Of a DNA stretch of 64,000 nucleotides, positions 53,673 through 61,860 are shown in pieces. A model generated the notes under the pieces. That model saw only the letters and a list, made by a program, of their open reading frames with translations. It did not search any database and had not been told where the DNA came from. The stretch is from a virus: IMG/VR virus record IMGVR_UViG_3300040801_004114, one strand, 5' to 3'. The position numbers and the translations under genes were made by a program. Numbering within the stretch: position 1 is the stretch's first letter; each line of letters begins with the position of its first letter.

Positions 53673-53700
53673 AAAAAAGCTCGGAAAACCGAGCTTTTTT
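53673..53700. terminator. Intrinsic terminator (symmetric)
   Basis: AAAAAAGCTCGG-AAAA-CCGAGCTTTTTT. Confidence 0.85.
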
Positions 53701-53719
53701 AACTTAAATCTATATATTT

Positions 53720-54157
53720 TTAAGATTCTTTTGGAGCATCTTCTACATTAACTACCTCAATATCAAAAGATAAGTCTTTACCTGCTAGTGGGTGGTTAGC
53801 ATCAACAACAACGTGATCTTCGTTAATTTCTGTAACTACCACATTTATATTCTTACCATCATTAGACGGTGCTTGTAATTGTTGCCCAATTTGAACCTCA
53901 CCAGGAAGTTGCTCTTTTTTAACTTTAGCAATTAAGTCTTCTCTGACATCACCATAACCATCTTTAGATTCAACAGTTACTTGCACTTTGTCACCTACTT
54001 TCTTACCAAGAATCGCACTCTCAAAACCAGGAATTATTTGTCCTGTTCCGATTTGGAATTTAAGCGGTTCTCTTTCAAAAGAGCTATCAAATTGCTTTTC
54101 GTCATCTTTAGTCTTTCCAGTATAATGTACCTCGACTATTTTACCATTTTCTATCAT
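53720..54157 (-). CDS. FKBP-type peptidyl-prolyl isomerase (SlyD/FkpB-like)
   Basis: VEVHYTG, FDSS, GQIIPGFE, GYG, DANHPLAGKDLSF. Confidence 0.93.
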   Translation of the reverse strand: MIENGKIVEVHYTGKTKDDEKQFDSSFEREPLKFQIGTGQIIPGFESAILGKKVGDKVQVTVESKDGYGDVREDLIAKVKKEQLPGEVQIGQQLQAPSNDGKNINVVVTEINEDHVVVDANHPLAGKDLSFDIEVVNVEDAPKES

Positions 54158-54214
54158 AATTTAAATTGTTTTTTACTTATATAGAAAATAAACGTTTTGT
54201 TTAGTAAAAATCAG

Positions 54215-55591
54215 CTATTTACCAAATAATTTTGTATTAGTCTTGCTAGAAGCCTTATCATGCTCAGGATTAAATTGTGTGTTAAAGAAATTACTATGAT
54301 CATTTATAACTTTAACATTAGAGTCCATACTGGCATAAGGACCTAATTTACCAGACCTATAAACACCACCTATCATATCACCATTTAAATATCCTTCTAC
54401 AAAATAGCATTCTTCAAGTGATGATGATTCTACATTACAATTTAAAACTTTACATTTATAAGCATCGCTTTGAAACATTTTACTTCTGGTCATCTGTGAA
54501 TTTCTTATCTCACTACCAACAATATAACAATCAAAGAAAATACCCTCTAATGTACAATTTACTAAATCTACTGTTTTTATGGTTGAGGTTGTTTTAACAT
54601 TAGCATCTATAACTTCTAAAGTTTGCGTTGTTGTCACATAGTTTAAAATACATTCATCTATATCTTCACAAGAAGTTATGAAATTGTATATCTTATCATA
54701 TATATTCCCATAGTATGAATTAACTATATCGTAGTTGCTTCTTTGATCTATTTGTATCTGTATATTAGGAAGCTCTACTATGAAATTATCATAATTAGAT
54801 AGATTTTTATAAGATGATATATTATCTTCCAAATACTCTTCCAATTTTATTTTATCTTCATTATTGAAAGGTGTATTTATACTATCTCTAACATTAATAA
54901 TAAACCTATCCATGAAATATATTATTTGTCCAAGGTTTTTTTCATAGTCCATACCACCTATATACCTGAATTCAACACGCTGATCTTCTTTAGCATTGTT
55001 TATATTTAAAAAGTTTATACCAAAATACTTATCTTTGGGAAACCTCATATTGTTTCTAACAACAGATAAAGGTATATTAAAAAAATCATATTCTTTAAAG
55101 GGGATTATACTTTTAACTGACTTAGCATAAACATTGCCCTTTCTAGATGGATAAGCTCTGTATATTTCTTCTTCATCAGTATTTAATATTAATTTCAAAA
55201 TATTTATATCATTCAAGTCAGTGTCATCATCAAATGATAAGTTAAAGTGTATAGAACATTTTTCATTAGTATAACCGTAATTCTGTATAAATTTTATGAT
55301 GTTTATTAAGAAATATTTAGCATCATAATATCCCAATGGTCCTGTTACTAGTTCTACCATACTAGAACCACCAGAAAGGTCAGGTTCTATCTTAAAATTA
55401 TTGCTATCTGGTTTAAAATCAGAGTGGTATTGCTTAAATCCCCAAACTCTCACGGGTGCTAACTCGTCATTTAACATTTCTAAAGTTTTATAATAAGACA
55501 CGTCCTTCATATAGAATTCGAATTCCATACCTATTTTAGAATTCTTTAGTTTATGTGTTTGGTTTAAAAATTTATCGGAGTATTTTTCCAT
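54215..55591 (-). CDS. Putative amidoligase (Amidoligase_2/COOH-NH2 ligase-like) with beta-repeat C-terminus
   Basis: IGMEFEF, EPDLSGG..MVELVTGP, CSIHFN, KYFGINF, VEFRYIGG. Confidence 0.75.
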   Translation of the reverse strand: MEKYSDKFLNQTHKLKNSKIGMEFEFYMKDVSYYKTLEMLNDELAPVRVWGFKQYHSDFKPDSNNFKIEPDLSGGSSMVELVTGPLGYYDAKYFLINIIKFIQNYGYTNEKCSIHFNLSFDDDTDLNDINILKLILNTDEEEIYRAYPSRKGNVYAKSVKSIIPFKEYDFFNIPLSVVRNNMRFPKDKYFGINFLNINNAKEDQRVEFRYIGGMDYEKNLGQIIYFMDRFIINVRDSINTPFNNEDKIKLEEYLEDNISSYKNLSNYDNFIVELPNIQIQIDQRSNYDIVNSYYGNIYDKIYNFITSCEDIDECILNYVTTTQTLEVIDANVKTTSTIKTVDLVNCTLEGIFFDCYIVGSEIRNSQMTRSKMFQSDAYKCKVLNCNVESSSLEECYFVEGYLNGDMIGGVYRSGKLGPYASMDSNVKVINDHSNFFNTQFNPEHDKASSKTNTKLFGK

Positions 55592-55594
55592 ATT

Positions 55595-55605
55595 CTATAT
55601 ATTAA
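55595..55605 (-). promoter_or_regulatory. Putative phage late promoter TTAATATATA(G)
   Basis: 3 nt upstream of ATG 55591. Confidence 0.55.
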
Positions 55606-55642
55606 AATGGTTATGTATTAATTAATTTTAACGAGATAATGT

Positions 55643-56071
55643 TTATATAAGATCTTTTATCATAACAGAGTTATCACTTAAGTTAGCTATTTTTGTATAT
55701 CCTAAAGATCTATACCAATTATCTAAAACAAACCCATCTAATTGCTTTTCACCTTTATCAGAAACTAGTATTGAATATTGGCATTGATTCATAACTGCCC
55801 ATCTTTCGTATTCTGAATAAAGCTCTTTGCCTTTACCCATCCCTCTATAATTTATATTTATATTTATATTTTCTAGTATAGATATAGGATATAGTTCTTG
55901 ACCATATTCTTCTTCTAATATTTCAAGAACTAGTTGTGAGTCACCATATTTATTAAATATATCTGCTATACCATAAATGTCATGTGCAATAGCTCCCTTT
56001 ATTTTACCAAATTTGCTATCTTGTAATAGTTCATCACTGTTATACTGTTCAAATAGTTTTAAATGTTTCAT
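55643..56071 (-). CDS. GNAT-family acetyltransferase with capsid-targeting-like N-terminus
   Basis: INYRGMGKGKELY motif A, L.NWYRSLGY motif B; MKHLKLFEQY. Confidence 0.75.
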   Translation of the reverse strand: MKHLKLFEQYNSDELLQDSKFGKIKGAIAHDIYGIADIFNKYGDSQLVLEILEEEYGQELYPISILENINININYRGMGKGKELYSEYERWAVMNQCQYSILVSDKGEKQLDGFVLDNWYRSLGYTKIANLSDNSVMIKDLI

Positions 56072-56074
56072 ATA

Positions 56075-56085
56075 GTATATATTTA
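56075..56085 (-). promoter_or_regulatory. Putative phage late promoter TAAATATATA(C)
   Basis: 3 nt upstream of ATG 56071. Confidence 0.55.
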
Positions 56086-56133
56086 TGGGGGGAAATGATA
56101 TATTTGAATATATACATAAAATAAAACTAATTA

Positions 56134-56523
56134 ATGGATTTCTTTTGTGTGTACTGTAAAACTAGGAAAAAGTTTGATAAATATATAAAAACAAATAAAA
56201 TAAAAAATAAGTATATAGTCGATATAAGAAAAATAGTTGATGAAGAAGGAGTTAGCTTCCAAAAAGATAAAACCTATTTAAAAATACTCATCTTCAATAA
56301 AATTCAACAAGCAATAGATAAAAATAAAGACATATATTATATTCCCGATTTCGAAAATGATTTTTCCATTGAAAAACTACTAAACTTAAAAAAGATACTC
56401 GGTGACAACAACTTCAATGTACTGGTATTTTACAACGAATTCAGAAAGAATCCACAAATCATAGACAACGTTTTATCCAACTTAACTAAATTTTCAAACT
56501 CACAAATAGTAAGAGATTATTAA
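56134..56523 (+). CDS. Hypothetical protein
   Basis: 129 aa; TATATAC motif upstream. Confidence 0.65.
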   Translation: MDFFCVYCKTRKKFDKYIKTNKIKNKYIVDIRKIVDEEGVSFQKDKTYLKILIFNKIQQAIDKNKDIYYIPDFENDFSIEKLLNLKKILGDNNFNVLVFYNEFRKNPQIIDNVLSNLTKFSNSQIVRDY

Positions 56524-56527
56524 TACT

Positions 56528-56539
56528 TTAATATATAAC
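56528..56539 (+). promoter_or_regulatory. Putative phage late promoter TTAATATATA
   Basis: Upstream of structural gene 56557. Confidence 0.6.
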
Positions 56540-56556
56540 AAAAATACTTATCCAAT

Positions 56557-58308
56557 ATGGCTAATAGTGTAAATGTAACACCAGTTTTGGGTGGGTCACC
56601 TCTTGGACTTATAACAAGGAGTGGTCCTACAAGGGATGGGATGTCTAATTTCACTGGTGGTGCAAGTAGAAACATAAACGTAAATGATTATAATTCTGGT
56701 AGAAGACAAGCTTCTTCTAACCTAGATGGTGCAGGTAATCCTGTAGAAACCAATGTTTCTTTATTTACTGGTCGATCTATACCTAACTTTTGGCAGAATG
56801 TTGGTAAAATAGGCACTAATGAAGATTTCACTGGGCTAAGTGGTGGATCAGACCAAATCAATAGAAGTATATTACATAATGATGATTTATATGATACGAG
56901 TATATTAAATATAGTCGAAAAGCTTTCCTTTTCTAATAAGGCGGCACTTAGGGCGCAAGACTTCGCTTATTTAAAAAATTTAGGTGTCCTTCCAAATAAC
57001 AGACTGATGATAGCTAGGCGTTTCGACAAGCCTATGGGGGATAATATCTTTAATAAGACAGGAACACCCCCACTTGCAGTTTTAATTGGTTGGAAGCCAC
57101 AAGATGAAGATTTTATAAATATAAAATTTGGTGAAAAGTGGGAAGATGCTGATGCTGACTTTACTAATGTTTTGAATAATTTAGGTAAAGACTTTGGTAT
57201 AGAAGGTGCAGGAGCAGGTGCTGCTAAAGTAGGTAATATGATACCAATGGGTGGTTTTACTGAAAACATACAAAGACAGATTTTAAGCAAATTAGGCATT
57301 CTAAGTGATGTAGATGAGCCATTGCCATCAGGTAACCCAAACATAATAAAAATGGCTAAAAGAAGAAAAACAATACCCTATGGGACACGTGGGAGTGGTT
57401 TGACCTGTGATATATCAATAGATATGGTTGTAGAATATGAGCAGAAGTTTATATCTGGGATTGATCCTACTGTAGCATGGATGGATATTGTAGCCAATGC
57501 AACATCTTTTGGAACTTCTAATAGTACAAATTATGGCTTGACAACAGGATTTGCTAACCAGATAGATAAATACACTGGAAGAAATGGTATAACTATATTA
57601 ATAGAAAATTTAGTTGAAAGCATAAAAGAAGCATTTACTAGCATCAAACGAAATATTGAAGAATTAGTTACTGGAATTATAGAGGGTCAAGATAGACAGT
57701 CTTTAGGTGATATAGTATCTTCTGATGGTGTTGGTGATCTAACTACACAATTATTAGATTCTATAGGTAAAACAATAGAAAAATATAAAGTTGAGATCCT
57801 AGGTATAACACACGCCCTGTCAGGTTTACCATCTACACCTTGGCATATAACTATTGGTAATCCTCTTAGACCGATTTTTTGCTCAGGAGATATGTACACA
57901 CAGGATGTAAAGTTAAAAATGGGTCCAACATTATCTTTTAATGATTTACCATCAACAATAAAAGTAGAATTTACGTTGACCAACGCCAGACCTTTGGGTT
58001 TACAAGAAATATTGGCTAAATTCAACACTGGACATTTGAGAACATCTAACACAAGGAGAGATTATGTTGCACAAATAGCAGGTAAAAATAGCCTTTATTA
58101 TAGCAGAGTAGAGGGATTAGATAACACAGTACAAGAAGTACAAAATAATAACAATACTACTGATGTGGGTGATAATGATAGTGATGGGATACCAAATACA
58201 GTAGATATAGATGGTGGTGGAACATTCGGAAGTTCCAGTGGGAATAGACCGATAGGACCTGAATTACCACCTGATACATCAACAAAAGAAAATGACTTAG
58301 GAATATAA
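56557..58308 (+). CDS. Probable baseplate/tail-tube-junction structural protein
   Basis: 583 aa; PWHITIGNPLRP, GPTLSFNDLP..IKVEFTL.NARP; adjacent to baseplate genes. Confidence 0.55.
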   Translation: MANSVNVTPVLGGSPLGLITRSGPTRDGMSNFTGGASRNINVNDYNSGRRQASSNLDGAGNPVETNVSLFTGRSIPNFWQNVGKIGTNEDFTGLSGGSDQINRSILHNDDLYDTSILNIVEKLSFSNKAALRAQDFAYLKNLGVLPNNRLMIARRFDKPMGDNIFNKTGTPPLAVLIGWKPQDEDFINIKFGEKWEDADADFTNVLNNLGKDFGIEGAGAGAAKVGNMIPMGGFTENIQRQILSKLGILSDVDEPLPSGNPNIIKMAKRRKTIPYGTRGSGLTCDISIDMVVEYEQKFISGIDPTVAWMDIVANATSFGTSNSTNYGLTTGFANQIDKYTGRNGITILIENLVESIKEAFTSIKRNIEELVTGIIEGQDRQSLGDIVSSDGVGDLTTQLLDSIGKTIEKYKVEILGITHALSGLPSTPWHITIGNPLRPIFCSGDMYTQDVKLKMGPTLSFNDLPSTIKVEFTLTNARPLGLQEILAKFNTGHLRTSNTRRDYVAQIAGKNSLYYSRVEGLDNTVQEVQNNNNTTDVGDNDSDGIPNTVDIDGGGTFGSSSGNRPIGPELPPDTSTKENDLGI

Positions 58309-58309
58309 T

Positions 58310-58807
58310 ATGGATATAGAATCATTAAACAACTTAGAGAGGGAAAGCCCTGATGAAATATATGATTTCACGAAACCAAACTTAGTGTATAGGTCAGATA
58401 TTCCTCTACAAGAATATACTGTACAGGAAGGTGATAATATGAGAATAGATTTAATATTTCAGAACATGTATAATCTAGAGCCTAATGAGGTTGGAACAGC
58501 ATTAGCAAATATAGATATAGTATTATCTTTAAATAATATTGATAATCCATTAAATATAGTAAAAGGTCAAGTTCTCTTATATCCTCCCTTTGATAGATTA
58601 TCAGAATTTAGAAGAACTGATGAAAGCATAGAAGAAGACAGAGATAGTGTAAGAGAAAAGCTAATAGTGCCTAACAAAAATACTAAGAAAGACCCTAGTA
58701 GAAAAAATTATTTAGATAATGATTTTTCTCTCCCCCCTGTTGTTTTAAGAAAACCAAGATCCCCAGTTAGATTGGATGGTAGTAGAATATCAGTAGGTGG
58801 ATTATAA
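58310..58807 (+). CDS. Baseplate wedge gp53/LysM-like protein
   Basis: YTVQEGDNMRIDLI...LSLNNIDNPLNIVKGQVLLYP. Confidence 0.7.
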   Translation: MDIESLNNLERESPDEIYDFTKPNLVYRSDIPLQEYTVQEGDNMRIDLIFQNMYNLEPNEVGTALANIDIVLSLNNIDNPLNIVKGQVLLYPPFDRLSEFRRTDESIEEDRDSVREKLIVPNKNTKKDPSRKNYLDNDFSLPPVVLRKPRSPVRLDGSRISVGGL

Positions 58808-58821
58808 AAATAAAAAGAATT

Positions 58822-59151
58822 ATGTACATATATAGATTGATAGAAGATGGTATCGGTACTTATTATTTAATACTTAAAGATGGCGTTGAAATATCTAGAA
58901 CTGATAGGTCTACTGGTAATGTGCTTGTCAATAAATTAAGAAGCCTTGTTTCAGAGTTAGAAAGAATTCCGCAATATGCCGACATAAGAAACTCTATAGT
59001 TCCTTTTGATACCACGGAAGATAATTTAATAGAGAAAGAACCCAATAGAAAGTTTTCCCTTGAAATATCAAGGCGTGAAAATGTAAATATAAGAGTTAGG
59101 GAAGATATCCCAACGTTGACTGTATTTGTAAGTGAGAATACTGATATCTAG
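58822..59151 (+). CDS. Hypothetical protein
   Basis: 109 aa ORF. Confidence 0.6.
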   Translation: MYIYRLIEDGIGTYYLILKDGVEISRTDRSTGNVLVNKLRSLVSELERIPQYADIRNSIVPFDTTEDNLIEKEPNRKFSLEISRRENVNIRVREDIPTLTVFVSENTDI

Positions 59152-59963
59152 ACCTCTCCATTAAATTCATCTCTAGGACCAGACTTAGGTTTATTATCAT
59201 CATCTTTTAAAGTAGTGAAGTTATTATCTTCTCTTGTTGAACTCCAAGAGTCACCGTACTGTGCAGTATCTTCCCTGCTAGTTGATGTTACGGTCTTTAC
59301 TCCATTATTATCTACAATATTAACATTATGTGATAAAAATTTCAAATCTTTTGTTGCCTTAAATTCAAGTATTAGCTTCATTAAAGCAGGGTTAGGCATA
59401 GTAGGACCACCCCCATTATATAACCCACCATTTTGGAGTACATCTAATAGTTTATCCATCCAATCTATGAAATAGTTTCCTAATATAGCTTGTTGGTCTG
59501 CACTTGCATCACCCAAATTCAAATTGGCGTTATTATCTTTAAGATTAATGTCTACACCACTATCCTTGATGTTCATGTTATTGTATTTGTGGTCTATCTT
59601 AAGCCCCTCGGAATCGTTGACGTAAAACTGTGTCTTGTGATCAAAAATAACAGCTTTCATAGATTTATAATCTTCATCAGGCAAAGATTTTATCTTATTT
59701 TCTAAGTTAACATTATAGTGATCAGCATATATATACTCAGGGGTATTTTCATTTCCCTGATCAAAAACAACTATAACTATTTTACCAACCTCTGGTAAAT
59801 TGTAACTGTTTCCATTCAAGTCTTTCCATGGATAAGCCCAAGGCAAATCTTCTGTTTCTATACCTTCATACACATCCATCACCCTTATTTTTAGACGTGC
59901 TAATTTCTTAGGATCTAAATTATCCTCTACTACACCTACGTATGTTTTATTGTTATTTATCAT
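59148..59963 (-). CDS. T4 gp5/VgrG-like baseplate spike protein (N-terminal OB fold)
   Basis: YVGVVEDNLDP....RLKIRV...LPWA.P...LPEVG..V.V.F..G....P. Confidence 0.8.
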   Translation of the reverse strand: MINNNKTYVGVVEDNLDPKKLARLKIRVMDVYEGIETEDLPWAYPWKDLNGNSYNLPEVGKIVIVVFDQGNENTPEYIYADHYNVNLENKIKSLPDEDYKSMKAVIFDHKTQFYVNDSEGLKIDHKYNNMNIKDSGVDINLKDNNANLNLGDASADQQAILGNYFIDWMDKLLDVLQNGGLYNGGGPTMPNPALMKLILEFKATKDLKFLSHNVNIVDNNGVKTVTSTSREDTAQYGDSWSSTREDNNFTTLKDDDNKPKSGPRDEFNGEV

Positions 59964-59971
59964 ATTATTAT

Positions 59972-61822
59972 TTATCTTGAACTAAGACCTCCACCTGTAA
60001 ATCCACCACCACCTAATACATCAGCAGCAGAGTTACCTAAAAAGCTTAATACTTCACCCCTAACATCATAAAATATTCGTTCCCCTGCATTGAGTGGTCT
60101 GTCAGTATAAACGTTCCTAGGGGGTCTTACATTAGTTATACCATTAGCATTTAATATCTTATTAAGTGTTTTGTTTAGAATTGCTGTTCTTGTATTAACA
60201 AAGTTTTGAAGTTCTCTTGTTGCTGATCGTATAGCAACATCTTCAAACGTGTCTTTTAAGTTTTTGGCAAAGGAGTTAGAACGCCTTTTAAACTGCTCTA
60301 ATTCATCTAAACTACCATCACCAAATGTTCTATCTGTTCTTTGTTGTTCAGGTATGGATAATATAAACCTACCATCTTCACCTGTTTTATTAAGTGATGT
60401 TTCGCCAACTGTAAAGAACTGTGGAACAGAATTTGAGATGTTATTTCCACCCACAGAAGTAGTTCCACCTTTGTTTCCTATTTTCCATATAGCACCTCCA
60501 TCATACCCTACATATTGCCCATCACCATTTGCTGTTGGCATGAACCTTTCTAATTTATTACTAGAATATTTATAATCAAATTGAACAGTGAAATTATCAT
60601 ATACAGATGGTGCTTGAGTCATATCAACTTCATTTGGGTGTGGTGTGTTGTTGAAATAAAACTGGCATTCTCTCAAAGAATAAATATGCCTTGAAACATT
60701 ATCTTTGACTATTTCTAATTGTGGTTTATCAAAATCCTGAACACTATTAAGTGCTTTTTTAACTCGTTTAAAATTCCTTATTTCTGATATAACTATATCA
60801 CAGTTGAACCTTAGTAAGTTTTCAGGTATAAGACCTTTACCATTTGGCTTTGACCAATAAAGCAACTTGTAAAGGTGTGATAACGTTCCGATGCTAAGGC
60901 TAGTGTCTTCTAAAAAGTCAAGTGTTATCACATCTTTATTATAATCGACTAAAAATGACTTATTTGATGGTGTGTTTTTTTCTATTAAGTTTTGAAGACC
61001 ACCTATTTTCTTTAAATAATATGCCATATAAGCAGCTTTTCCTGGTTGTCTTATTCCTATACCTTGCCCACTTTGAACTTCTGGCTCATTCCCTTGTCTT
61101 GACTTTGATATACTAGCGTTACCAGTATCTCTCTCTGTCAAAGTACCTTTTGTTTTAAAAAATTTAGAAAATTGCTTTTTAAAATCTTCATATATAGGTC
61201 TTCTTGAAGCAATTTCACTTATACCAGAATAATTATTTAAAAAATCATCTATTGATCCATTTAAAAGTGGTGAGGATATATCATCAATTATTATTTCAAA
61301 ACCATAAATTACAGGATCTTGATTTTCAAATGGTGTCCCATTGGTTGAACCCAAGTTGCCTGTTTGACCATCTAAAACCTGAAGCCCATGTTTAAAATAA
61401 TCAGTTGCATTATCATTAAATATAGAGTAGAAGTCTCTAGTTGTGTAGGCTGAGTCGGTAAGTTCCTCATCTTTTTTTGGTATAGTTTTACTTTTAGAAA
61501 ATTTATCATAATCTCTACCACTTAAATCCTTTGCTGGGTTGAGCATTTGACCTCTCCAATCTTTGTATTCGTAATTACCATATTTAAAAGTTTTACTTTT
61601 CCCATTTTCACCACCTTCACCTTCTTGACCGACTGGTTGTATATCTTCTAAAGGTAAGAATCCTTTAGTTTTATAACTGCCATTAAGACCTAGTACTGGT
61701 TGATATTCCGTTTGTGACCAAGGGTTTCCACCAACACCTATATTATACTGCCTTTTAAGACCCTCGGCAGTTGCTACTGCTTTGTCTCTTATTTTATCTA
61801 AAAGGGTTTTATCTATTGCCAT
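59972..61822 (-). CDS. Probable structural protein
   Basis: 616 aa, late-type motif at 61838-61849, lies within the baseplate cluster. Confidence 0.6.
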   Translation of the reverse strand: MAIDKTLLDKIRDKAVATAEGLKRQYNIGVGGNPWSQTEYQPVLGLNGSYKTKGFLPLEDIQPVGQEGEGGENGKSKTFKYGNYEYKDWRGQMLNPAKDLSGRDYDKFSKSKTIPKKDEELTDSAYTTRDFYSIFNDNATDYFKHGLQVLDGQTGNLGSTNGTPFENQDPVIYGFEIIIDDISSPLLNGSIDDFLNNYSGISEIASRRPIYEDFKKQFSKFFKTKGTLTERDTGNASISKSRQGNEPEVQSGQGIGIRQPGKAAYMAYYLKKIGGLQNLIEKNTPSNKSFLVDYNKDVITLDFLEDTSLSIGTLSHLYKLLYWSKPNGKGLIPENLLRFNCDIVISEIRNFKRVKKALNSVQDFDKPQLEIVKDNVSRHIYSLRECQFYFNNTPHPNEVDMTQAPSVYDNFTVQFDYKYSSNKLERFMPTANGDGQYVGYDGGAIWKIGNKGGTTSVGGNNISNSVPQFFTVGETSLNKTGEDGRFILSIPEQQRTDRTFGDGSLDELEQFKRRSNSFAKNLKDTFEDVAIRSATRELQNFVNTRTAILNKTLNKILNANGITNVRPPRNVYTDRPLNAGERIFYDVRGEVLSFLGNSAADVLGGGGFTGGGLSSR

Positions 61823-61837
61823 TTAAAGTAATATTTC

Positions 61838-61849
61838 CTTATATATTAA
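61838..61849 (-). promoter_or_regulatory. Putative phage late promoter TTAATATATA
   Basis: Upstream of structural gene 61822. Confidence 0.6.
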
Positions 61850-61860
61850 ATATAGTGTTT

